A DNA stretch of 64,000 nucleotides from an uncultured virus (IMG/VR IMGVR_UViG_3300005512_000004) (IMGVR_UViG_3300005512_000004); one strand, 5' to 3'. Shown: positions 7,590 through 16,084, counted from the first letter of the stretch. Numbers and translations: made by a program. The notes: generated from the sequence alone by a model not told the origin.

Positions 7590-7597
7590 GAATTGTC
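7568..7597 (-). promoter_or_regulatory. leftward promoter with TGnTATAAT extended -10
   Basis: GACAATTCTC-CTCCGAACTT-TGGTATAATA aligns with the motif spacing. Confidence 0.6.
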
Positions 7598-8075
7598 ATC
7601 TTCGCGCGAGACGCATGTAGCGCTGCACGTCTGACCCGTACTCCCTCGCTGCCCGCTTACACTGCCACCCGCCATTATAGTGACAGATGCGGCCCTTCTT
7701 CTTCATCCAATACCGGATGGAGATGAGGCTCCGGTGCGCCGCGTAATATAAATCACGCAGGTCCGCACAACTCTCGTTGTGCGTCGTGCGGGTTGCTGGG
7801 TCGTACATGATTGGCTTAACCTGCCATATTCCGCATGCCCCTTGTCGGGACACCGGGAAATAGTCAGTGTACGGGATCCCGAAACGAGACTCTCTCATCC
7901 CGATAGCGACGAGCATCCTCACCTCTGATGACGTCGCTCCATGGTCGTGTGCCACCTCTGCGATAGCCCGCGCTACCGCTTCGAGATGTGGTCGGTGCGT
8001 TTTTGCGAGGCTCTCGCCCCCTGGGTCGGTAGCGAGGAGGGCGAAGATCATACGCAAAATAATGTAAAACGACAT
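7596..8075 (-). CDS. SLT/lysozyme-like lytic transglycosylase with N-terminal hydrophobic segment
   Basis: LVAIGMRESRFG (catalytic E-S), SRQGACGIWQV, HYNGG motifs. Confidence 0.8.
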   Translation of the reverse strand: MSFYIILRMIFALLATDPGGESLAKTHRPHLEAVARAIAEVAHDHGATSSEVRMLVAIGMRESRFGIPYTDYFPVSRQGACGIWQVKPIMYDPATRTTHNESCADLRDLYYAAHRSLISIRYWMKKKGRICHYNGGWQCKRAAREYGSDVQRYMRLARR

Positions 8076-8115
8076 AACGTCTCCTTCTGCACAAGTCGTG
8101 CGTGATGTGATACTT

Positions 8116-8145
8116 TCTTATCACAGAATCTATCGAAAATAGGAC
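8116..8145 (-). promoter_or_regulatory. leftward promoter-like motif copy (weaker upstream box)
   Basis: GTCCTATTTT-CGATAGATTC-TGTGATAAGA then AAGTAT. Confidence 0.6.
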
Positions 8146-8150
8146 TTAGT

Positions 8151-8792
8151 ATGAGAGAGCACGTGTATAGAGCGTTTCACGATGAGCTGCAGAAGATCGC
8201 GACGTTTAACGCGCAGCAAATACAGCAGCAGGGTCAGCAGATGATCGCGCAAGGCCAGCTGATGGTACAGAACCCGCTCGGCGCGGCTACGCAGATACGG
8301 CAACAGAGCATGGTGGCCGCGCGAAACCCTCACACGAGTCCACAGCAAGCTGCACAACTAACGGGGCTCGCGGCCGCGACCATGCCAAAGACCGCGAGCA
8401 TTGTGCTTGTTGACGCGTTCCTTGATGAGTTCGAGAAGTGTGCGGGGCGCCAGCTAACCTACGACGAGTACGAGTACCTTCTTAAGCAGGCAAACTTTAT
8501 GTCCTCGTTATCAAATCTCGCGGCCAAGGCAAGTACCGCAGTAAAGGCGCCAATGGCGACGGCACAAAATGCGGCTGCCTCCTTTATGACGTCCGCAGGA
8601 GGTCAGATGATGATGCACAACCCCGCCGCAGCAACTATGGCTATGGGTCAGCAGCTCGCTGGGGGTGTCGGACAAGCGCTCGCAGGTAAGGCCGCGGGCG
8701 GACTTGTCGGTGCGGGCGCTAAGATGCTCCCCCAAGGGTTCGCTCAGACAGCCGCGCAATACGGGTCACAGATGGTCAACGCTGTGGTGTAA
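8151..8792 (+). CDS. Gln/Ala/Gly-rich putative virion-internal protein with four K-x-A sites
   Basis: AFHDELQKIA, PKTAS, AFLDEFEKCAG, LLKQANF. Confidence 0.7.
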   Translation: MREHVYRAFHDELQKIATFNAQQIQQQGQQMIAQGQLMVQNPLGAATQIRQQSMVAARNPHTSPQQAAQLTGLAAATMPKTASIVLVDAFLDEFEKCAGRQLTYDEYEYLLKQANFMSSLSNLAAKASTAVKAPMATAQNAAASFMTSAGGQMMMHNPAAATMAMGQQLAGGVGQALAGKAAGGLVGAGAKMLPQGFAQTAAQYGSQMVNAVV

Positions 8793-10836
8793 ACTCGCAC
8801 GCGCCCCCAACACAGCTCGCTTCCTGCAAGAGCTGTGTCGTGTCTGACCCCTCTTTTAGTAGGGTGTAGTCAGGAGAAACCCACGCATCGCGGAGCTCCT
8901 GCCACTGCTTTGCCGCGGCGCGCTTCTTATCTGCGAGCGGGTCATTTTCGTCGATGTTCTCTACGATCTCTTGGAAGGGAGGCTGTTCGTACACGTAGTC
9001 GCCGAACATACTGAGCAGAGAGACTCCAGTAAGATGCTCGCGCTCCTGCCAGAGCTTCTCGCACACGCCTTCCCACTCGCCTTCTTGGACGAGGATTGTG
9101 TTCGAGACGTTGTGGCGTAGCCCCTCGACGCCGCGATCAAGGTGCGTTCCGCACTCGATCCAGTTTGTTTGCGTGAGCGTAATCATATCGATGAAGCTCT
9201 CGGCGGTGAGGTCTTTACGGTAAAGGGTGTCGTTACCTGTCGCGTCTACAGGAAAGGAGATCACGAGGTCCTCTGTGCCAGGAGCAGACCACACGCTCTT
9301 GCTTACGGCGGCGGGCATGTGTTCTTTAAAGAACTGCCCGACGGGGTTCTGCGCAGACACTTGCACGTTCCGTATATAGCGACGCGCATACTCCGCGTGA
9401 ATACCTGACGTACAACCAAGTAAGACGGCCGCGTTGCCCGAAGGCTTAACGCACGTGGTGCGCGTGGCCGCATTGATGCCTAGCTCGGAGGCGAAGCGCT
9501 TATTTGTCTTCCGAACGAGCTTAGCGGCCTCACGTTGCCATGTGGGGTCGAAGGCGATCTCTGGGCAGTTCGCCATGCCTGTCAGCGACACGCCGATGAG
9601 CGACTCGCGCTCGAGGATATGCCGCGACACGCTGGGTAGATAGTCCGAGTGCGTGTACCCGGCCTGCGCTGTCGCGAGTATGGTAGCTTGCTGTACAGCG
9701 TCAAAGGCGTCCTCTTTACTCTTAAAAAGTGCGCAGTTAACCTCGACAAGGTTACACGCCTGCCACCCGCTTACGTACTCGTACCCGATCCCTTCGTAGT
9801 ATTCGCGGTCTTCGAGCATATCGACCGTGTACTCGGAGACGACATCGCCACACTCATCTGTGATCAAGACGGGCGCCATACCAATTTCTACGCAGGGGTT
9901 ATATAAAAACTCCTTACTTTTCGAGAAGATAAAACCTGGCTCCCCGTATTGCTTAGTAGCAGAGAAGATCGCCTCATAGACACTCTTCTCTGTGTCGTCT
10001 GTGATGACCGCGCTGATATTCGCTCGCGCGCGCTGCGGGTTATCCTGCCACCACGTTCCGGTCTTAGCGCTGATCATACCCTCATCGTCAGGGCTAAAGA
10101 GCGCAATCGAGGCCGCGCGACGTACACCGCCGCTCAGAACCGCATCAGACGCGTACATAACGAGGTCGAAGCAGTCCACACTCGTGAGACGTCCGTCTCG
10201 AGAAGATAGCAACGCTTCTACCTTATCAAGGCAGACGCGTAGAGGCTCGGGCCCAGGCGCCTTACCACCCACGCTTAGAGGTGCGCCCTTAGCTCGGATA
10301 GACGTATAGACGAATGTCGGGCGCGTGGCATAGAGGCCCATGCGTGCGTTGACCAAATGACGTAGCGCCTCTGCCCACCCCTCGATGGTATCCTCGATTA
10401 TGTGCTCAGTGCGCGGTAGCGTCGCCCACTCATCTTGTGAGATGAGCGAGGGCATACGTGCGATATGATGCGTCTGCACGCTGAAGCCAACACCGCAGCC
10501 ACAGAGCAGTAACCAAAACGCCTCAGAGAAGAAGCTCGGACGATCACAGTACGAGGTAACGCAGTTGTAAATACGCCAGTTTTTCTTGAGCGTCGGCTCT
10601 CCGCCGAACTGACGTGCGCGCTGAGATGATAGTACACGCTTCTCTTTCTCCGCTTTAGATGCGGCCTCTAATAAGCCAGCGACGACAGGGCCCCTGTCTG
10701 CGTATTTACGGAGGTGCATGTCGAGCACGCGATCACACGCCTCATTCCATGTTTCACGGCGACCTAAGTCGCTGTTATAGCGTGCATATTTCTGAGTAAA
10801 GTTGAACTCAGCAAGACTCTTTCGTACGATATCCAC
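8776..10836 (-). CDS. nrdJ: class II (adenosylcobalamin-dependent) ribonucleotide reductase, monomeric RTPR-like
   Basis: KYARY..RRETW, YNC, SGGVRRAA, QRARANIS, GEPG, NPCVEI, ACNL.E, TCVKPSG and C-terminal CVGGAC. Confidence 0.85.
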   Translation of the reverse strand: MDIVRKSLAEFNFTQKYARYNSDLGRRETWNEACDRVLDMHLRKYADRGPVVAGLLEAASKAEKEKRVLSSQRARQFGGEPTLKKNWRIYNCVTSYCDRPSFFSEAFWLLLCGCGVGFSVQTHHIARMPSLISQDEWATLPRTEHIIEDTIEGWAEALRHLVNARMGLYATRPTFVYTSIRAKGAPLSVGGKAPGPEPLRVCLDKVEALLSSRDGRLTSVDCFDLVMYASDAVLSGGVRRAASIALFSPDDEGMISAKTGTWWQDNPQRARANISAVITDDTEKSVYEAIFSATKQYGEPGFIFSKSKEFLYNPCVEIGMAPVLITDECGDVVSEYTVDMLEDREYYEGIGYEYVSGWQACNLVEVNCALFKSKEDAFDAVQQATILATAQAGYTHSDYLPSVSRHILERESLIGVSLTGMANCPEIAFDPTWQREAAKLVRKTNKRFASELGINAATRTTCVKPSGNAAVLLGCTSGIHAEYARRYIRNVQVSAQNPVGQFFKEHMPAAVSKSVWSAPGTEDLVISFPVDATGNDTLYRKDLTAESFIDMITLTQTNWIECGTHLDRGVEGLRHNVSNTILVQEGEWEGVCEKLWQEREHLTGVSLLSMFGDYVYEQPPFQEIVENIDENDPLADKKRAAAKQWQELRDAWVSPDYTLLKEGSDTTQLLQEASCVGGACEFTPQR

Positions 10837-10873
10837 AATCGTTTCCTTCCTAGATATGAGAGCTAAACAAAAG

Positions 10874-10910
10874 AACAGAGGATCGACAACTCGTCAATCC
10901 CGATCCTGTT
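10874..10910 (-). promoter_or_regulatory. leader hairpin upstream of nrdJ with GAGTT pentaloop and downstream T-rich run
   Basis: Minus strand GGATTGAC-GAGTT-GTCGATCC, extended by AACAG/CTGTT, followed by CTTTTGTTT. Confidence 0.55.
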
Positions 10911-10940
10911 ACGCCCAGTAGATCCGGTTAGGTGTTAGGT

Positions 10941-11162
10941 TTAGTTAGATGAAGGTTTCGTGAATGCGTTGTAGATGACGGCACCTGCGGCGCCAGCCAC
11001 CAAGACCTTCAGTCCGATGTTTGCCGCGTCAGCGACTGAGAAGCCGGGGGCGGCGGGATCCACCGTCGCGGTGACGCGGGCGGCAGTTTGCGCGGAGAAC
11101 GCAGAGGTGGCGGTGGTGGTGGCGGTAGTGTGAGTAGCGGTAGTGGTAGGTTTCGTGTTCAT
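10941..11162 (-). CDS. small Thr-rich protein with C-terminal TM segment
   Basis: GGAG RBS; TTTATHTTATTTAT; IGLKVLVAGAAGAVIY. Confidence 0.7.
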   Translation of the reverse strand: MNTKPTTTATHTTATTTATSAFSAQTAARVTATVDPAAPGFSVADAANIGLKVLVAGAAGAVIYNAFTKPSSN

Positions 11163-11208
11163 GGTGTCTGTACTCCGAGGAAGGTTGCAATGTGTGGTGG
11201 GCGTACTG

Positions 11209-11238
11209 TATTATCACAGCTAACCTCTAGTTTTTGAC
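11209..11238 (-). promoter_or_regulatory. leftward promoter-like motif copy
   Basis: GTCAAAAACT-AGAGGTTAGC-TGTGATAATA then CAGTAC. Confidence 0.75.
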
Positions 11239-11249
11239 ATGGTGGGCCG

Positions 11250-12521
11250 ATGAATACCTTAGATCATTTCTTGCTGAAGCAGCCCTCGCGCGAAAAGCTC
11301 GCGTTCGACCAATCAATCCGTAACTTCGGTGTGGACGCACTTATGTATGGCGGAAACGCGCTTCGGAATTTCGAAAAGAATCCTATGGTTTCTAGTGCCG
11401 TTCTCGGGGCGGGTATCGGCGCTACCCACGGCGCTATGACTGCGGAGCCTGGAGAGAGTCGTACGCGCAAGGGCCTACGAAATGCTATCGCGGGAGGTCT
11501 TGCGGGAGGAGCCGTAGGTGGGCTGATGTCGGGGAGCGTGCGCAACCTGGGTCGGTACGGTGGCGACATTGCTGACGATGCCACCGCGATCCGTGGCGCA
11601 GACGGTTTGCGGGACGCTCGAGTAGGCGACTTTGCACAGATTATGCGAGACAACGTGTTTAGCTCTAGTAGCGCTCGTGGTGGGAAGCGTCTCCAAGGGC
11701 TTCGAGAGGCTCACGACGCTGCAGAGGCGGCGGCGGCGGCCTCTGGCACCCCGGAGGCGGCACAGCGTGTCCGAGAAGCACGTAAGGCGCTTAATGATGC
11801 AGGCGGAGGCCTCGGTACACGCTTCAGCCCTCTGATTGCTGCAGGAAGTGTGGCGGGCGCTAGCGTTGCTGGCGCTAAGATACAGGACTACCGAGAGAAG
11901 AATTCATCTCTGCGTATCCGTGAGGTACTCGACAAGCAGGCGAACTTCGGCGCACTCGCAGCCAAGGCGGTCGGCTTCGGAGCGCAAGGCGCGGGTAAAG
12001 CGATTCAAATGGGCGCTGCGAATCCCGCACTCGCGGGCGCCGCTATTGGTGCTGCGGGCGGTGCGATTGCGGGCGGTGAGGGCAATCGACTTAAGGGTGC
12101 TCTTGGCGGAGCTGCCTTGGGTGCTGGTGCCGGAGCAGGTCTTGCGAAGTTAGCCCCACAGGCTACCGCGAATATGCAGCAGTTCGGTAAGACCTTGTCT
12201 GCTACAGGAAAGGGCGCTGTCGGTAAGGCGGGCAAAGATGGGGCGACTTTCGCGTCATCCATGAAGCCCTTTGATGCGCTCAAGAATACCCGTGCGCAGT
12301 TCGCTAAGGAGAACATAACGCACAGCATTGCAGACCAAGGGAAGACGCTTCTCGGAAACGGCATGTCCGGTGGCGCTGCGGCAGGTACTGCGCTTGCAGG
12401 CGTAGGCGCTGCGGGTCTTGCGGGAGGTGCGTTAGGGGGCTCGCTAGGACAAAATACGCCGGCGAACCAAGCGAGCGCGAATGCGGCACGTCAGCGTTTC
12501 TCGAACGTCGCTATGGTGTGA
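11250..12521 (+). CDS. multi-glycine-zipper putative virion-internal/ejection protein
   Basis: Repeated GAxxGAxxG hairpin segments; tags EKLAF and EKNSS..LDKQANF. Confidence 0.7.
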   Translation: MNTLDHFLLKQPSREKLAFDQSIRNFGVDALMYGGNALRNFEKNPMVSSAVLGAGIGATHGAMTAEPGESRTRKGLRNAIAGGLAGGAVGGLMSGSVRNLGRYGGDIADDATAIRGADGLRDARVGDFAQIMRDNVFSSSSARGGKRLQGLREAHDAAEAAAAASGTPEAAQRVREARKALNDAGGGLGTRFSPLIAAGSVAGASVAGAKIQDYREKNSSLRIREVLDKQANFGALAAKAVGFGAQGAGKAIQMGAANPALAGAAIGAAGGAIAGGEGNRLKGALGGAALGAGAGAGLAKLAPQATANMQQFGKTLSATGKGAVGKAGKDGATFASSMKPFDALKNTRAQFAKENITHSIADQGKTLLGNGMSGGAAAGTALAGVGAAGLAGGALGGSLGQNTPANQASANAARQRFSNVAMV

Positions 12522-12991
12522 CGTATCACGTCGCGATAGCGTAGCGTCTGTTTAACGTACTTCTTGCGACCGATATCGTCACACGCGCCCCATCCGTATG
12601 CGCAGAGCGCGGACTCTGTCGTACGGTAGCGCTTGAGGTAGTACTTAAGCGCGAACACGCCACGTTCAAAAACGTCGCACCCGGGCAGTACACCGTCGCT
12701 ACGTGTAGCGGCCCACACGCCCTGCTCGTTGGGGCACCAGTACTTGATCTTAATCTGCATGGGACCTGTGCAGCCTGACGAGTTTGTGCCTGCGTCGGTC
12801 ATATCCGTCTCTTGCCATGTCACCGCAAGCGCAAGGTCAACGGGCACGTCTTGATAACGTGCTTCTTCGGCGATGAGCGTGCAGATCATCACGCGCTCGT
12901 CAAATAGTGGATCGTATTTCGGGGGCGTAGCTGTCCCTAGTAGAGCGGTGACGATGAGTGTACATTGTTTTATCGTGGTTAAGATGTCCAC
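12491..12991 (-). CDS. second SLT-like lytic transglycosylase, Cys-rich, with N-terminal hydrophobic segment
   Basis: LALAVTWQET (catalytic E), SSGCTGPMQI, ALCAYGWG; AAAGGAG RBS. Confidence 0.75.
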   Translation of the reverse strand: MDILTTIKQCTLIVTALLGTATPPKYDPLFDERVMICTLIAEEARYQDVPVDLALAVTWQETDMTDAGTNSSGCTGPMQIKIKYWCPNEQGVWAATRSDGVLPGCDVFERGVFALKYYLKRYRTTESALCAYGWGACDDIGRKKYVKQTLRYRDVIRHTIATFEKR

Positions 12992-13013
12992 GTGAATCTC
13001 CTTTGGAGGATGT

Positions 13014-13436
13014 ATGAGTATAGGGATCGAATCATTAGCGCTCGCTAGTATCGTAAAGACGGCAACGTTTCAATACTCTGACGGTCCGCATGGGCCTCAG
13101 AACCGTACACAGCCGATAGGCAAAACACAGCCCGCGACGTACTCCGCGGTGCCACGTAAAGGACAGAAAGTTATCGGCGTTAAGCACTCAGACGTACCCG
13201 TAGAGTTGCGCGCACAGCTAAGACGTAAGAGCAGCAGCGCTCTTGCCAGGCTTATGCACAAAGCGGGCGGACCGACGGCGCAACACGGAGACGCATACGC
13301 TGCGGTGCTCGAGGAGCGCGGAGTGAATCCTAACCTCGCGGCGACAAATATGAATATGGCGCGTACTACGCCTAACGATACGTACTTTCCGCAGAACAAG
13401 ACGGCCTCGCTTCGGCTGCGTAAACTTTTAGGTTGA
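13014..13436 (+). CDS. basic putative virion-internal protein (K-T-A tags at both ends)
   Basis: GGAGG RBS; IVKTAT near the N-term and NKTASLRLRKLLG at the C-term. Confidence 0.65.
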   Translation: MSIGIESLALASIVKTATFQYSDGPHGPQNRTQPIGKTQPATYSAVPRKGQKVIGVKHSDVPVELRAQLRRKSSSALARLMHKAGGPTAQHGDAYAAVLEERGVNPNLAATNMNMARTTPNDTYFPQNKTASLRLRKLLG

Positions 13437-13477
13437 CGTACAGGAGGTATATACCTATATAGGTAGTACTTCCACTT

Positions 13478-13507
13478 CGTTATCACAAAGGTTGCAGATG
13501 TCTACGC
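13478..13507 (-). promoter_or_regulatory. possible leftward promoter copy pointing through 13014..13436 toward the SLT gene
   Basis: GCGTAGACAT-CTGCAACCTT-TGTGATAACG then AAGT. Upstream box poor. Confidence 0.4.
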
Positions 13508-14154
13508 ACCACAAAGTACAGAAAGCTGGCCCCACACTAGATACGGGCAAGGTCGGCGGTATCAGCTTTACGCCCTCAGAGAGCACACAACAAGCTCTCA
13601 GTGAGATCGCTGAGCAGATGCAGAACCCGAGCGCGGACCACGTAGGTCCGAGTGCGATTGACGAGGCCACCATCCTCGACGACGCCTTTGCGAACATGAC
13701 CTCGCCGCCCTCTGTTAAGATCGCAAACAAGGCGTTTAGAAAGAAGCTCGAGGCGCAGCTTAAGCCGATCGACGTCTCTACATTGTTTCTTAAGGGAGAG
13801 ATCACGCAACGCGTGCCTGTCCTGAACGGGCTCACGGTAGAGTTTCGCACGCTCTCCTCTGCGGAAGATCTGTTCATCAAGCAGCGTCTTACAGAGGTAA
13901 AGACAGAAGTCGTGCGTTATGTGGAGGATCGTTTCATGATCATGCAGCTCGCGGCACATATCTTTTCGATCAATGACGAGAAGCTGCCACCCTGCCTTAT
14001 CGACGGTAAGGTCGATCAAGCGAAGTTTGACGAGCGTTTTGACAGAATTGTGAACCTGCCTGTCTCTGTTGTCGAGCGCCTTTGGGTGCATTGGGTTTGG
14101 TTCCAGACCCGCGTGAACAATGTGCTCGATGATGATTTTTTAACCGTTGGCTAG
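13498..14154 (+). CDS. tail assembly chaperone (lambda gpG-like)
   Basis: Ends in slippery T TTT TTA with a -1 frame ORF following; helical composition with a VEFRTLS motif; lies upstream of the tape measure. Confidence 0.6.
   Translation: MSTHHKVQKAGPTLDTGKVGGISFTPSESTQQALSEIAEQMQNPSADHVGPSAIDEATILDDAFANMTSPPSVKIANKAFRKKLEAQLKPIDVSTLFLKGEITQRVPVLNGLTVEFRTLSSAEDLFIKQRLTEVKTEVVRYVEDRFMIMQLAAHIFSINDEKLPPCLIDGKVDQAKFDERFDRIVNLPVSVVERLWVHWVWFQTRVNNVLDDDFLTVG
14136..14142 (+). other. -1 ribosomal frameshift heptamer TTTTTTA
   Basis: In-frame GAT TTT TTA ACC GTT GGC TAG. The -1 frame reads open ...NRWLETP into 14163..14468. Confidence 0.7.
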
Positions 14155-14162
14155 AGACACCT

Positions 14163-14468
14163 ATGGGCTGGGCGCGAGCGAACGTCATCTATGACACGCT
14201 CGGCCATGTGCCCGAAATAGGCTCACCGCTAGAGTCGCTGTGTTTACGCATCTTTATGCGTCGGCAGAAGCTGAAATACATGGAGGCTCTCGTAACTCTA
14301 GCCGCATCAGCAGACGGAGAACAGCGTAAGAAAATCATGGACAGCTACTTCGAGGCGCTGTTCCCACACGCGGAGAATATGAAATGGAAAGACAGTCAAC
14401 AGATCAAGGATGTGCTGGAGCGCGAGATGCAGCGCGGGCCGATGTTGGTACAGAAGCAAGAGATGTGA
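14163..14468 (+). CDS. frameshift extension of tail assembly chaperone (gpT-like part)
   Basis: -1 frame relative to 13498..14154, no obvious RBS of its own, open back to the slippery site. Confidence 0.6.
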   Translation: MGWARANVIYDTLGHVPEIGSPLESLCLRIFMRRQKLKYMEALVTLAASADGEQRKKIMDSYFEALFPHAENMKWKDSQQIKDVLEREMQRGPMLVQKQEM

Positions 14469-14587
14469 ACATCGCAGACATTCACAAAGAGCTCGTACAG
14501 CTCCGTACTCACGTTACCGAGATCCGAAACATCATCAAGCAACTCACGAAAGAGCGGGGTCTGAAGATCCCGGGGATTAACTCATGA
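14465..14587 (+). CDS. small coiled-coil protein (40 aa)
   Basis: GTGA overlap with the upstream stop; IHKELVQLRTHVTEIRNIIKQL heptads. Confidence 0.5.
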   Translation: MNIADIHKELVQLRTHVTEIRNIIKQLTKERGLKIPGINS

Positions 14588-14859
14588 ACTTATCTTTTAC
14601 GCTAAAGGCCGTACAGTCTCTGCAGAGCTTCTCTCGAGACATCGACGACAACGTTACGCTGTACGGGGAGATTTTAGGCGTACCCGTCACCATCTCAAGC
14701 CCGAGCGGTGAGCTTCTCGCGAAGATTGATGAGCTGCTTTATAGCGGTGTTCCGCAAAGATCTCAGGAGCCGCCCGCCGCTGAGGCCCGCAAAGACAACG
14801 CGTATGCCGACTACATGGCGAGCGCAGACTATCACGTAGGCGACCTAGACGATGACTGA
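14584..14859 (+). CDS. hypothetical protein
   Basis: ATGA-coupled ORF in the operon. Confidence 0.65.
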   Translation: MNLSFTLKAVQSLQSFSRDIDDNVTLYGEILGVPVTISSPSGELLAKIDELLYSGVPQRSQEPPAAEARKDNAYADYMASADYHVGDLDDD

Positions 14860-15160
14860 AGAAGCTCTGTTGCGCATCGAGCACAAGCTCGATGTTTTAA
14901 TAGCGTACCTGCATGGCATGACCAATGTCCCTCCACAAGACATACCGAAGCCGTTACCGGGCTTTGGTGGAGAGACAGATGGACGCTGCCCGATTACGGG
15001 TACCAAGATCCATTATCAATACTCGCCCCAGACGGGTGCGATTATGCGCGCGGACGGGTTACTCACAGGTATACCTAAATCACTCCCAGTACCTGAGCCT
15101 CCTGCGTGGCTTAAACGCGATACCGCAGGCGACACAACGGAGAACGCAGATGAGCAATAA
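14852..15160 (+). CDS. hypothetical protein
   Basis: Overlapping operon ORF; LLRIEHKLDVL coiled coil and CPITG. Confidence 0.65.
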   Translation: MTEEALLRIEHKLDVLIAYLHGMTNVPPQDIPKPLPGFGGETDGRCPITGTKIHYQYSPQTGAIMRADGLLTGIPKSLPVPEPPAWLKRDTAGDTTENADEQ

Positions 15161-15467
15161 TTTACTGCCTGTAGGCGGATGGGTACTCATTCGGCCTGAC
15201 GCGCGTGTTGCGCGTACGGCGTCGGGTATCATTATCCCAGAGAGCGTGACTGAGTACGGACACACGGCAGGAACGGTGATCTCGGCGAGCGAAACGTACA
15301 CGCTACGCGATAAGAACGTTACAGCTAGAGTACCTGTCTCGGCAGGGCAACGCGTGATGTACCGAGATTACTTGAAAGAGCTCGAAACAGTCGACGTAGA
15401 CGGGGAGCCCTGCTGTTTTATCTACGTGGAGGATATTGTCCTTATCTTGGAGGACGATCATGTCTGA
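15150..15467 (+). CDS. groES: co-chaperonin GroES (Cpn10)-like protein
   Basis: LLPVGGWVLIRP, mobile loop RTASGIIIPES, GTVIS, V.AG.RVMY, DGE..FI..EDIV. Confidence 0.85.
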   Translation: MSNNLLPVGGWVLIRPDARVARTASGIIIPESVTEYGHTAGTVISASETYTLRDKNVTARVPVSAGQRVMYRDYLKELETVDVDGEPCCFIYVEDIVLILEDDHV

Positions 15468-15654
15468 GACCAAGACTAAAAAGATGATCATCAGCACGAC
15501 GCCAGCGATGCACGCGCGTATTCAGGCCAGCGCTGAGCGTGAGAAGGTCAGTATGGCTGAATACGTACGAGAGGCCGTACAGCAACGACTCGATCTACAA
15601 AGAAGTCTATACGCAGATGAGCTCGTATCAAAGGTGGTTGAGAGTGAGTACTAG
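15460..15654 (+). CDS. ribbon-helix-helix DNA-binding protein (CopG/Arc-like)
   Basis: KKMIISTTPAMHARIQASAEREKVSMAEYVREAV pattern. Confidence 0.75.
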   Translation: MSETKTKKMIISTTPAMHARIQASAEREKVSMAEYVREAVQQRLDLQRSLYADELVSKVVESEY

Positions 15655-16084
15655 AGAGCCGCTTATTTACCCAATGCCTGATGGGTATGAGCTTGGCGTG
15701 CTCGTGCAGCAGATCGCGGAGCAAGACTCGCCTCGCGCGATCATACTCGATTTCCTGCAACGCACGATCCTCGTACACCCGCCAGCAGAGGACGGGATAG
15801 AGCGCTCCGAGTTCACTGTAGACTCTCTTGCGTTCTTGCTGACGTCCGTAGAGCTCGAACACACGGATTTGTCACTAGAGGATGCTCTTACCGAGTTCGC
15901 AACAGACACTAACCAACTTTGGGTGTGTGCGCATCCGGACCTAAAAGACGTGCTGATGCACGATGGAGAGATACTATGGACCAAGATCGTAGAAAGAGAC
16001 TACCTGCTCCTGGTAACGCGCTCATCCGACCAGACGTGGCGAGTCATAGGCATGTCACACAACCTACTCAAGCAAGACACCTGA
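15644..16084 (+). CDS. hypothetical protein
   Basis: Operon ORF; start uncertain. Confidence 0.6.
   Translation: MSTREPLIYPMPDGYELGVLVQQIAEQDSPRAIILDFLQRTILVHPPAEDGIERSEFTVDSLAFLLTSVELEHTDLSLEDALTEFATDTNQLWVCAHPDLKDVLMHDGEILWTKIVERDYLLLVTRSSDQTWRVIGMSHNLLKQDT

Noticed and set aside
8776..10940. Intein/intron in nrdJ or cobalamin riboswitch upstream
   Set aside because: The ORF is continuous at normal length with no intein C...HN boundary, and the ~100-nt leader is too short and lacks a B12-box.
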